Shown piece after piece: positions 37,490 to 49,408 of a stretch of DNA of 64,000 nt. Origin of the DNA: Octopus sinensis (taxonomy: Eukaryota). The stretch covers positions 195,238,001 to 195,302,000 of the forward strand of contig NC_042998.1 of NCBI RefSeq assembly GCF_006345805.1. Reading direction: 5' to 3'. Made by a program: the position numbers and the translations under genes. How positions within the stretch are numbered: position 1 is the stretch's first letter; the number at the start of each line of letters is the position of its first letter. The notes below the pieces were generated by a model that was not told the origin of the DNA, did no database searches, and saw nothing but the letters and a program-made list of their open reading frames with translations.

Positions 37490-37940
37490 TAGCGGTTGAG
37501 TAAGCGTTGACAGATCGCCATACGAATGCGCTTATGCGATACGATAAGCTCATTTGGCACCTATCTCGCACACACTTTATGGAGGCGAAGGTTGTCGTGG
37601 ATAATTTAGTATGCAGGACCTGACTAATTTGTAGAGAACATGCTACCTGATCGACGGTCACTCGTCGGTTCATGGGAACCATCTCACGAGCTTGTTGAAT
37701 TTCCACGTCAGTAGTGGAGGATGACCGACGTCTTTCCCCCTCTTCACGACTGTCTGGCTATTTTCAAACTTCTCGATCCATTCATGCACACTTCTGCACA
37801 GGAGACTGCAGTTCCTGTATTGTACTGAAAGCCTGCGTGCCGGCAGAGTGTCCATGTATACTTTGTAGCACAAAAGAGAAAACTGGAGCAATCCAAGGCC
37901 AAACCTTCGATACATACTCACAGGAGTACGCGAGCACTGA
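37490..37940 (-). mobile_element. mariner transposase N-terminal remnant
   Basis: RRSVHEWIEKFENSQT; RRVTVDQVA; a VCARW-like motif. Confidence 0.65.
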
Positions 37941-38033
37941 AGGCAACGCAACCAACTTAACTTAAAGAAAGCTTTGGCGAAAGAGCTGATAATCTGTTAC
38001 TCCCCCACATATAATATACATGTGTGTGTGTGT

Positions 38034-38480
38034 TTACACAGTATTTACAGTAATTACAGCTTTAATTCTACGAGGTATGGACTCGTATAAAGTTTGAATT
38101 GTCTCCAAAGGAATTTTTGTCCATTCTTCAGCTAAACAGTCTCCAGTTCTTGTAGTGGTGATAGTGGAAGGATATCGACTCTTTACTTGTTTTTCTAAAA
38201 TGCACCATGAATGTTCAATAATATTGAGATCTGGGGACTGTGGTGGCCAGATAAGATGTTCAATTTCACTAGAATGTGAACCATTAGGCCGGTGGATTTC
38301 CAAGATAAAGCACCCCCCGACCATCACAGATCCTCCTCCATGTTTAACAGTTGGATGAAGGGAGTCTGGGTCGAATGCTTCTTTTGGCTGTCTCCACACG
38401 TATACTTGGCAGGTGGTCGGAAATAAGGTAAAGGATGACTCGGCCGAGAAAATAACATTCTTCCACTGCTTTAGGGACCA
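38034..38480 (-). mobile_element. Tc1 transposase remnant (internally deleted)
   Basis: PTVKHGGGSVMV..., WPPQSPDLNIIEH, IPRRIKAVI. Confidence 0.85.
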
Positions 38481-39144
38481 ATTCTTTAGGTTTTTACTCC
38501 ACTCTTGCGCTATGAATCATATGTAGCTCGAATCTTATTCCATTCCTGAACTCTTAGATAAATAAGTAAATGGATATGTAGATAGATACATAAGTAATAC
38601 GGACAGACAATCTCTCTCTCTCTCTCTCTCTCAAACACACACACACACAAACGGAAACACATGACCATATACGCACACAAAGACATATGGAGACACATCC
38701 ATACATAACAGACACACGTACATACTCATACACATAGACACACGCACACACAAGGAGACAGGTACACATACATACATACATACATACATACATGCATACA
38801 TGCATACATGCATACATGCATGCATGCATACATACATACATACATACATACATACATGCATGCATGCATATATACACACATATGCGTACAAACAGCCGAA
38901 AAAGAACGCATCTCCAATAACGGACAGAGTTAACATCCATTGATAAGGTTGCAAAATCAACGAAAACTTTGGAAGAGAAAATATAAATGATAAATGAGTG
39001 GAAATCGAACCTGTGCGTGTGTTAGATAATAAGGCATTAAGACAATATAACTTTCCCCAGACACAGCATAACTTGCTTCAACGAACGAATTCACATAAAA
39101 AATCTTGCAATCCAAGCACAAAACAAAGTATATGTATATATACA

Positions 39145-39652
39145 CCGTAAATCCTCGAGTATAATCCGCAATTTTTACCCGAAATATAAAGGTCAAAATC
39201 CCTAGTGCGTACTATATACGAGGTTAAAATTGAAAAATATTTTCCAAGCAATGTCCGAGTCTCTATTTGCTGTCCGGCAATGTTTATTCAGACGCATTTT
39301 GTGATGCCAGGCGCGAAAATACCTTAAGCTAAGCCTGAAAGCAATGAAGTCATAAAAGAATCATCCATAACTTGCAGTAAACAACATTTATTAAACGTTA
39401 TTACTGTTATTTCTTTATTTTCTGCAAACAAAATGCACAAAAAAACTACACATTTGCATTATGTTATATATACAATAATAATAAAGGACGTTGCCCTATA
39501 CAGTTTTACAAACCAAGGACGTTATATAGACCTCCTTGACTCAAGTTAGAGAAGGGGTGCGTATTATACACAAGGTTTAGGTTATTCAGAGGTACAGCCC
39601 CCTAAAAATCCCCTGCGTTTTATACAAGGGCGGACTATACTCGAGGATTTAC

Positions 39653-39654
<2 letters not shown>
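39145..39654. mobile_element. Tc2/pogo-like non-autonomous element (TIR CCGTAAATCCTCGAGTATA)
   Basis: TIRs; TA on the right flank. A sister copy in opposite orientation lies at 51318-51819. Confidence 0.75.
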
Positions 39655-39695
<41 letters not shown>

Positions 39696-42019
39696 GTTCT
39701 GAGTTCAAATTCCGCCGAGGTCGACTTTGCCTTTCATCCTTTCGGGGTCGATAAATTAAGTACCAGTTACGCACTGGGGTCGATGTAATCGGTTTAATAC
39801 CTATGTCTGTCCTTGTTTGTCCCCTCTATGTTTAGACCCTTGTGGGCTAAACATAGACGAAGAACTATGCTCGAAACGTTAAAACCCTACTCTTTTTCCC
39901 AGCCTTTACTACGCGTCAAGCTAATTCATTCCATATGTACATCATCTTGTTGCTTTGTTATTGTTACTTTTAATGGTCGACTGTTAACGTTCTACTTTTA
40001 ATGTTCAATGTTTACTATATATATATGCGATAAATTGAGAAGCGGTGACAAGTGACAGTTCTGTAAATAATAATAAAAAGAAAAGTCATGGTGATGGGAA
40101 CCAAACTTGGATCCCCAAACGGTGTAGGTATGCTACTCTGGTATACATGTCCCTTTTATTGTATTCGATGTAATGTTGTGTTGTTGGAGTCTATGAAATG
40201 AAGACAGGTTTACCATGCAATATGTTAACATTTAAATCGAAAATTACCAAATAATTTTAACAAAACATATTTTCTTCGGGTTGGTATTGGTTTGTTAAAG
40301 ATGAGAAGTGGTCACGCGACAAGCTAAAAATATCAGCCAAATCTCTGTTGAAAGTATAGACACGTGAAAGTGATATGCAGCTAATTGTATTAGTGAAAAT
40401 ACATTCCTAAAATGAAAACAGTAACATATTGTGTGAAAGTAAACTAGCACCAAAAATTATCAATGCGAAGAAAAAACGAAAAGAACAAAACATATCTTGC
40501 ACATACAAAAGATATAATTTGTTGGATGTATTAAATAAAAAGGGAAAAAGTTGAAAAATACTGTAAAAAGTTACTTTACGTACATGTATGAGAGAAAACT
40601 GCAGTCTTAACATATGAAAACAGCATGTCTTAGCGAAAATAAACCTTCCATGTGACTACAATTTATCAGATTACTGTGATAACAAGCAACACTAATCCTA
40701 TTTTCACATAGAAATCTTTATCGAGTGGGTGGCTGAAAAAAAAAGTTAATAATTCTAATTTAAATCTAGGTAAATCCGTATTTGTAAAAGTCAAGATAAA
40801 CACAAATCATAAACAAGTAAATGAAGTCTGAATCTAATTTATTTCGTATAACTCTCAGATTGGGCTGTTTTGAGGTTTAACTGCAATTATTTTTTTTAGG
40901 TCAAGTAACTTTAACGGGGTTAGTATTGCAGGATAATCGACCGTACGTAAGGAGTCGGTGACAGGGTGTCTCCTTTTAAACGCCGTACGGTCGTCCCTAA
41001 TAAAGAATAAAGCCAAAACAGATACATGGTATAAAATAATAAGTGCCAAAAGGAATAATGAGGACGACAACCGTTCTACTGTTTGAGAGAGAAGACTTTA
41101 TTTACAGATGTGTACAATAGGATAAAGAATGGGTGCTAGCAAAGTGGAGTGTCTGAGTGCGTGCACATGTGTGTCTGTGTGTCCGTTGTAAGTATGTACA
41201 ACGGTGCGTGCAACAAGTGTTTGTGTTCGTGTGTGCGTTACAAGAGTGAACATAAGTACAAAGGTGTTTGCGGGTAAGCCAGAATACAGAGCATAGAAAG
41301 AGTCTCTCAGGATATTTTAGACAAGATGGAGTTAATTTACCAATTCGTAGTAAGGTTACACAATAGTAATAGTTCTGTAACAGGATGTTGGGTATCACAA
41401 GGCAGAATGCCGGTTGAACACATGTCGTTTAGCGGTTGGGGCTTCAATGCTGTGCCAGGTCTCTTGATACAGGAATTCTTGCAGGTAGTGCTGTGCTGTT
41501 AACCTCGGTGAATATCACAACAGCGAGAAAGCTAAACCTGGGCGAATGTTGTTGTGTATGTATTGGTGTTGCTGGTGATGGAGGCGACGGAGATGGTGAC
41601 GACGTGAAGGTTGAAGGACGATGATGGTGATGGCGTCGGCAGAGAAAGGCGACGGAGGTGGAGGACGTTCTGCGTTGCTGGTGTGTGTGTGTGTAGAAGA
41701 TTGAAAAGTAACACACCAGTTGATATGTATAAGGAAAATAAGACAAGGTAGAAAATTTTCAAATAACTTTATCATGAAGAACATTTTGTACCGGTTTCAG
41801 TCTTTTCGACTTTTTCAACTAAGTAAAACAGAAAAAGCAATCAAATCTAAGAAAAAAATAATAAATGACATATTTTGTAAATAATTCCATAGTCTTCAGC
41901 TAGGTGTGACATTTTCTCTTTTTTTTCTGTCTCTCTCTTTTCCTTTGTGAAGGCTCAGTAGATAGTAGCATGATCTGCCCTGAAACAATAAATTAAAAAA
42001 AAGAACCCTACTAGTATCC

Positions 42020-42830
42020 TTCGATATAGTCAACCTCTATTCTAATATCCCCAACACCCTAGGAATAGAGGTAATCCAATTCTGGATAGAGAATTACTTC
42101 AATGAACTCCCGCACCGCATCAAAAAAGAATTCGTAATAGAAGGGCTAAAATTCAACTTAGAGATTAACTTCTTCGTATTCAATAACTTCTATTGACAAA
42201 AATCGGGGACTGCGATGGGTACGAGAATGGCCCCCCCTCCTTTGCTAACCTAGTCATGGGGTACCTAGAAATCATTCTTTATCGTAAGGTACTAGAAAAA
42301 TACGGAAACCCATTTTTCTTGTACATAGAAAATAACTGGAGGAGATATCTAGATGACTGCTTCATTCTTTGGCATGAAAATATAGAGAGACTTAAAGAAT
42401 TTCAAGCACTTCTAAAATGGACTTGACATAAACATTCAATTTACAATGGAATATAGCCATCAACAACTTCCATTTCTCGACATTCTCATTAAGAAGTCCA
42501 ACAGCAAAATAGAAACAGATGCCCACGGACTCCAAACAATACCTACCGTTCAACTCATGCCACCCCAGACACGCTAGAAGAATGTCCCCTTCAACCTCGC
42601 AAAAAGGATTTGTACTATAGTTCTAATTCAAGCACCAGAGACACAGGTCTGCAAGAGCTAAAGGATACAATCATCAGCAGGAATTACTCACCATCAATAA
42701 TGGATATAGGTTTTCAAAGTGCCCTACAATCCAACGTCCACGAACTCAGACACCCCAAACTAAAGAAGCGTTTAGAACCAAAAGCCCTACGAAAGTCAAC
42801 CTGTTTGAAGGAGAACTCCGATCCCTCAAT
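42020..42830 (+). mobile_element. Penelope-like element reverse transcriptase remnant
   Basis: YSNIP...; GTAM-like motif; FANLVMGYLE; WRRYLDDCFILW, which are PLE RT motifs; frameshifted. Confidence 0.8.
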
Positions 42831-43129
42831 TAGGTTGACGCATACACCACAGATAGATCTTCCTTACTGTCGGTTTCAATGTTGTTGCCGAGTGTATTTG
42901 GGCTTGTGTTAGAAGACTTTTCATTGACTTTTCGCGCCTGTTGAACGTGGTGGTTTGGACGACCGAGAATCCTTAGATTCGGTTTCGAATCTAAGCTTGG
43001 AGAAGGAAGCGTTAATTTTTACAGGGCCCTCTGCCATTGACGTCACTGACCTATTCCTTCCGATTCACCGCACCGCATCCTCAAAAGGAAAATAGAAAAG
43101 CAAAAAAAAAAAAAATGAGCTCAGCATTT

Positions 43130-43930
43130 CTATCGCGCTCAGAGTGAGAGCCGACGTCTGTGGGGAACTGAGATGTCGCTGTAGTAGGCCTCTCGACTCC
43201 ACAGGTCTTCTCGGTCCGGCGGCGAGCTGGCAGAAACGTTAGCACGCCGGGCGAAATGCGTAGCCGTATTTCGTCTGCCGTTACGTTCTGAGTTCAAATT
43301 CCACCGAGGTCGACTTTGCCTTTCATCCTTTCGAGGTCGATAAATTAAGTACCAGTTGCGCACTGGGGTCGATATAATCGACTTAATTCGTTTGTCTGTC
43401 CTTGTTTGTCCCCTCTGTGTTTAGCCCCTTGTGGGTAATAAAGAAACATATATGCTGGTCGTTTCGCTCGTCACACCAAGCTAAACTTAATTATTAAGCA
43501 GGCCCTGGCTCGGGTTAATATCTCCTCAGTTCTGGAGCCGGCGGGATTACCCAGAAGTGATAGGAAGAGACCGGATGGTCTTACCCTTTGTCCCTGGGTA
43601 AGAGGTACCTCATCTGGGATGTCACAGTGTGTGACCCCTTTTGCTCCCTCCCACATCCTGGATTATGCAATAATTGCAAGGGTCACTGTTTCAGTAGCCG
43701 AACTGAGCAAAATCCTTAAGTACCGGGACCTGTCAGTGAACTATCTCTTTTAGCCTGTGGCGTTTGAGACATTTTGCGGGTCTGATCCGCTAACGGCGAA
43801 ATTCTTGTCATCGTTGACGGCTCGTATTATCGAGGTGTCAGGTAATGCCCGTGAGGGTGCTTGGCTGTCCCAATGGCTTAGCCTCGCCTTCGCCCATGGT
43901 AATGTCACGAGCGTATTAGCTTGCTGCCGT
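43130..43930 (+). mobile_element. CRE-clade fragment interrupted by a SINE (43217-43448)
   Basis: ADVCGELRCRCSRPLDSTG continues after the SINE as RFARHTKLNL...RKRPDGLTLCPW; same family as the 28 kb copy. Confidence 0.7.
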
Positions 43931-44164
43931 ATATCGGCATTTTTAAATTACTACCCCCATTTCCTTCATTTTTTTTTTTTACTTTTTTTCAGAACCCCCC
44001 CCCCCCCCAATATATATGCGGTAAAATACAGATATTATGATTCTGAAAAATATTTCCGAAAATTTTTGTAAATTTTTTTTAAAGATTTTTTTCTTCTAAA
44101 TATGCGGAAAAATACGGACATTATGATTCGGACACAAATTTCAAATCATTTCTGTAGTTATGCT

Positions 44165-44260
44165 AAGGGTTAGGGTTTAGTGTTTTAGGGTTAGGGTTAG
44201 TGTTTTAGGGTTAGGGTTAGTGTTTTAGGGTCAAAGTTAGGGTTTTAGGGTTATGGTTAG
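44165..44260 (+). repeat. Interstitial telomere-like array (TTAGGG in a 20-bp unit)
   Basis: (TTTTAGGGTTAGGGTTAGTG) about x3 plus degenerate copies. Confidence 0.8.
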
Positions 44261-44972
44261 TGTTGGGGAAAAAAAATCAAAATTGAATAATTTGGGGTGT
44301 GGAAGGGGTGCGGGAGTGAAATTTCACAATGCCGATTTTTGGCAATTTTCCGGAACCTCCGTATCCGAAAACAGGGGTTTTTGGGGGAAAAAAAACAAAA
44401 GAAATTTGGGAGAAAATGGGGTGGAGACAGGCGGAGGTCTTTTCTCCATTTTCTTTCTTTCTTTCCTTGTTCTCCTTTTCCTCTTTTTCTCCCTTTTCGA
44501 TTTATATTTTTTATGTGGTTTTGTATCATATATGTATCATATATACATACGAGTTATATTCCAAATACATACTTCAGTCTTTCTAAATTTGTAAAAAAAA
44601 AAAATATATATATATATTAAATTTCTCGGCGATCCTTCTGAAGATAACAGAAACCCTTTTCTCCCACCCCTAACCGTAACCCCCATATATATATATATAT
44701 ATATATATTAAGGTATGTAGAAAAATACAACATGGACAAGAACGTATAACTCTTAGAAGACGACACAATAAACACGGACAGGACACTCGAAACCCTCAGT
44801 CTTCAGTCAAGAACCGGATCATCGTAGTAATTTCGGCTGATTAATCTTGAGATTACTAGATCACGGCCAGCCCTCCAAGAAAAACTAAGCAACGAGCATT
44901 AGAAAAACTAAGCTGGAAGCGTAGATTTCCTGGAAGAAGGATCGAATGCATACGAACACCAGGATATATATA

Positions 44973-45010
<38 letters not shown>

Positions 45011-45265
45011 CTTTCTTGAAATGTATCCGGTACTTCCGGTACCTATACCGAAGTTACGCTAATTTCTCTAATGAAACAAATAATAATGGTTCTAACGTGT
45101 TTATTTCACAATGCTTTATAAAAATTTAAACTGAAAATATATTTAAAAAAAAAGATGAAAAAAAACCGTCGACTGGAATTATGTTACAAAGGAACATCAT
45201 TTGCTTAGACACCGTGTGATAGTATATAACCAGTGGCTTCCGTCTAAAGGTTATCCTTAATCCCA

Positions 45266-45501
45266 ATGTCGTTCCAAATCTGCGCCACGCGAATTTTGAA
45301 ACAAGAACTGACCTCTCTAACACACCCCACGGGTCAAGTTGGACCGTTGATTCAAAGTGTTAGATGGGCCAAATCTCGCTTTAAACCAATTGCTAAGAGC
45401 AAACAGTTTTATGTCCGTGAACCGACACCACAGGACCCTGAAGAACATAAAAGACTCAAGTTCTTAAATAACGAATATTCCACACATCTTCGGGCACTGA
45501 G
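45266..45501 (+). CDS. MRPS26: Mitochondrial ribosomal protein S26 (mS26), exon 1
   Basis: ATG at 45266; basic presequence-like N-terminus, then VRWAKSRFKPIAKSKQF...HLRALR, comparable to human RGRKTRHDPLAKSK...TVRALR. Donor AG|GTAGGA, phase 2. Confidence 0.85.
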
Positions 45502-45701
45502 GTAGGAATTTGTCCTTTTCTCCTTTCTAATTTTAATTCTTTACATCTAAACGGTTGCTCGGTCTGCGAGGAACAATAAATAGTTTTTTTCTCCTCAAAT
45601 CATATTCTGTCGTCTGAAAAAAGGGAAAGCACGGTAAATGCAATCAAATAAATTATGAGATGGTCATGGTCAGAGCGTCTTTTACCGTTGATGTATTAAA
45701 A

Positions 45702-45984
45702 CAATATTGAGGTACTACTTAAGAAGAGGTGGTCCCGGTGCGTGTACTCGCGTGCTCGCGCTAGCTAGTCATGACTAGTCGATCGTTACTTTGTGTTTTT
45801 GTGTTTTATTTACTTTGTTTTAAAAAAATTATTTACTTTGTGTAAAAAAATTATTTATTTTGTGTTTTATTTACTTTGCTAGGTAGTCGTTGTAGGATCG
45901 ACTAGTCACGACTAGCTAGCGCGGATGCACGAGTACGCGAGTGCGCGCACCGGGACCACTCTTCTTAAGTAGTATCCAATATTG
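45702..45984. mobile_element. GC-rich fold-back MITE in MRPS26 intron 1
   Basis: About 80-bp imperfect TIRs (CAATATTG..TACTACTTAAGAAGAG..TGGTCCCGGTGCG..CTAGCTAGTC) around a T-rich spacer. Confidence 0.65.
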
Positions 45985-46693
45985 AGAGGTTGCAAGATTG
46001 TTGTTGACCCTGAGCTAAACAACAACCTTGTATCTCTCGGCGGAGGTAAAGAATACGCATACCACCAGGTTTCGGCATAGCCCTAACCACCGAAAACGGG
46101 TGGTGTGCGTATTCTTTACCTTCGCCCCATTCAGTATACTTAAATCTACAGGCTTTAGTTTTCTTAGTTGTTGAGGATAAATGTCACTTAATCATATCCA
46201 GTTGAGGTCTTGTCTTTCATCCACTTAACCTCAGAGAATCAGAGCTAAGCACTGACTTCCATAAATATCTTAGGGTTAGGGTTCATATATTTTCTGATTT
46301 TCCCCTAAGTTATCCTTGATGTAAATCCAATGTTTTATCATCGTTTTAATATCTGTTTTTCTAAAATAGAACAAATTGAATGGGTCTGCTACACCTGTTC
46401 AGAAAGTCCCTACTTGATCTCTGTATTTTGTCGTGTTGTCTTTGAAGTTCAGTACACCCTAAGATTTGATAATTTCTTTACTTCTTGCCGTGCCACCTTT
46501 TACCGTGAGTACTCTACTCCATCACAGACTGAGAGGACATACTAGTTTCCACCAGTACACATTGTTTATTCACATCACATCCGTACCAGTACAGTTACCT
46601 CTTTTATACATTAAGCTATGGTTTTTAACAGCCAATCAGCTCATCTGCTCACTAGAGTTAACATGTTTCACACCCTGGTATTTCTCCTTCAAA

Positions 46694-47842
46694 GGCGGCG
46701 AGCTGGCAGAAACGTTAGCACGCCGGGCACAATGCTGAGCGGTATTTCATCTACCGCTACGTTCTGAGTTCAAATTCTGCCAAGGTCGACTTTGCCTTTC
46801 ATCCTTTCGGGGTTGATTAAATAAGTACCAGTTACACACTGGGGTCGATATAATCGACTTAATCCATTTGTCTGTCCTTGTTTGTCCTTTGTGTTTAGCC
46901 CCTTGTGGGCAGTAAAGAAATAGGTATTTCGTCTGCCGCTACGTTCTGAGTTCAAATTCTGCCAAGGTCGACTTTGCCTTTCATCCTTTCGGGGTCGATA
47001 AATTAAGTACCAGTTAAGCACTGGGGTCGATATAATCGACTTAATCCCTTTGTCTGTCCTTGTGTGTCCCTTCTGTGTTTAGCCCCATGTGGGTAGTAAA
47101 GAAATAGGTATTTCGTCTGCTGCTATGTTCTGAGTTCAAATTCCACTGAGGTTGACTTTGCCTTTCATCCTTTCGGGGTTGATTAAATAAGTACCAGTTG
47201 CGCACTGGGGTCGATATAATCAACTTAATCCGTTTGTCTGTCCTTGTTTGTCCTTTCTGTGTTTAGCCCCTTGTGGGTAGTAAAGAAATAGGTATTTTGT
47301 CTGCTGCTACGTTCTGAGTTCAAATTCCACTGAGGTTGACTTTGCCTTTCATCCTTTCGGGGTTGATTAAATAAGTACCAGTTGCGCACTGGGGTCGATA
47401 TAATCAACTTAATCCGTTTGTCTGTCCTTGTTTGTCCTTTCTGTGTTTAGCCCCTTGTGGGTAGTAAAGAAATAGGTATTTTGTCTGCTGCTACGTTCTG
47501 AGTTCAAATTCCACTGAGGTTGACTTTGCCTTTCATCCTTTCGGGGTTGATTAAATAAGTACCAGTTGCGCACTGGGGTCGATATAATCAACTTAATCCG
47601 TTTGTCTGTCCTTGTTTGTCCTTTCTGTGTTTAGCCCCTTGTGGGTAGTAAAGAAATAGGTATTTTGTCTGCTGCTACGTTCTGAGTTCAAATTCCACTG
47701 AGGTTGACTTTGCCTTTCATCCTTTCGGGGTTGATTAAATAAGTACCAGTTGCGCACTGGGGTCGATATAATCAACTTAATCCGTTTGTCTGTCCTTGTT
47801 TGTCCTCTCTGTGTTTAGCCCTTTGTGGGTAGTAAAGAAATA
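46694..47842 (+). mobile_element. SINE-A (tRNA head + Nin/Deu-like domain) as a head plus six about 184-bp tandem units
   Basis: 5' GGCGGCGAGCTGGCAGAA (A box) and GAGTTCAAATTCC (B box); CTTTCATCCTTTCGGGGTCGATAAATTAAGTACCAG domain; 17-bp TSD. Other copies: about 830-1030 (-), 1180-1410 (-), 2773-3003, 21006-21235, 29749-30469, 32730-33302, 39695-39850, 43217-43448, 52160-52615 (-). Confidence 0.9.
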
Positions 47843-47941
47843 GGTATTTCTCCTTCAAATATCAGTAAAATACTTTCAAATCCTGCCATGATCTGTTGAA
47901 GAATTCGTTGTTAAACTGAATGAACTTTTTTGATTTTTCAG

Positions 47942-48064
47942 GACACATTTCTTAAAAGAGATAACAGAAAGACCAAAAAGAACACAGACCCAGAATACAA
48001 GTGAAGATTTAAGACAATTATTGCTAGAAAACGATAAATGGAATGCCCAGGTGGCACAAGAAAG
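47942..48064 (+). CDS. MRPS26: MRPS26 exon 2
   Basis: Acceptor TTTTTCAG|G; THFLKEITER...LLLENDKWNAQVAQER; donor AG|GTGAG; phase 2/2. Confidence 0.8.
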
Positions 48065-49059
48065 GTGAGCAGTATGGATTGTGAGTTTCTACTATGTGTG
48101 AATGTTGTTTTGTTTATATCACCCTCATAATTTTATGTCTGTTTTGCTGGCCAACAAGAGTTGGTATAAAATGTAAATTGCGAAATAGCTAAATCATCGT
48201 TTAATGTCCGTTTTCCATGCTAGCATAGGTTGGACGGTTCGACCGGGGTCTGGGAAGCCAGGAGGCTGCACCAGGCTCCAGTCTGATCTGGCAATGTTTC
48301 TACAGCTGGATGCCCTTCCTAACGCCAACCACTCCGTGAGTGTAGTGGGTGCTTTTTACGTGCCGCTGGCACAGGGGCCAGAGGAGGCTGGCAAACGGCC
48401 ACAATCGGTTGGTGCTTTTTACGTGTCACCGACACGGACGCCAGTCAGGTGACGCTGGCATCTCCCACGTTCAGACGGTGCTTTTTACTTGTCACCAGCA
48501 TGGGTAATATTGTATTATGAATGAATCTCTATATAGTTGCTTGACCTGCTAGAAATAGCAGCTAAGTTTTCCCTCGAATTACAGTCAATGGTCTGAAACA
48601 AAAAATGCAGTGGTTAATGGAGTCCACTGCTTAAAAGTAAAAACAAAAAAATATGATGGTCATGGTTGGAATGCCTTTATCATAAGTTTAGGCACATTTA
48701 CCTCCCCTGATGGGAGCTGTCTAAATAGCTCGCCACCAGGTGTAACTCTGAGGTTCCAGCACCTAGTCCTTCCTCCTTGTCATTGAGACAGTAACATGCA
48801 AGGATGTGGCCTCTTTAGCTCTTGCATAAAGCACACAACAGCTAATAGACATTGAGCAACTATGACGTAGGATACGCAGAAGCTGAACATGGCCTTTTAC
48901 TTGCAAATACCTTTCGTGATTTATTCAGCTTGTATATATTTGCGAACTGGAGTAGAAACTTTTAAAAGCTACAGCTTGATTCTATCGATATTCATTGTAC
49001 TTTGTTCTTTCTTCGAATGACATCTTCTATTCCAGCTTTCTGAACGGAGTCTTAATAGA

Positions 49060-49408
49060 TGGTTTCACAATGTGAGACCATGACCATCTAAATAGGTTTG
49101 CTTGATTTAGGCTAACTAGGAGCTGAATAACTTGAAAAACAACTGCACTATTATCATTGGCTGTGGCTTCAACTCCATTATAAGATGTGTATCTAAGCTG
49201 AACACCTCAGTTCATTTGGCTGGTGGCTCTACTATGAGAGAACTCATAGTAGAGCCACCAGCTTAATGAACTGAGGTGTTCAGCTTATAAGGGAGTTGAA
49301 GCCACAGCCAATGATAGTAGCGCAGTTGTTTTTCAAGTTATTCAGCTCCTAGTTAGCCTTAATCAAGCAAACCTATTTAGATGGTCATGGTCTCACCTGG
49401 TGAAACCA
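49060..49408. repeat. Long inverted repeat (fold-back), 4-nt loop, MRPS26 intron 2
   Basis: Arms 49060-49238 and 49243-49408; the left arm has an insertion of about 13 nt. Confidence 0.85.

Noticed and set aside
44770-44880. Hammerhead around the minus-strand CUGAAGA
   Set aside because: There is no GAAA after a stem II, and stems I and III cannot be formed.
26650-45260. Retinoic-acid response element (DR5) upstream of CYP26
   Set aside because: No convincing direct repeat was found by eye, and the half-site-like hexamers noticed are SINE-derived. A motif scan would be needed.
46694-47842. CRISPR-like or coding tandem array (repeated 60-aa ORFs)
   Set aside because: Units are 184-bp near-identical SINE bodies without unique spacers, in eukaryotic DNA with no cas genes.
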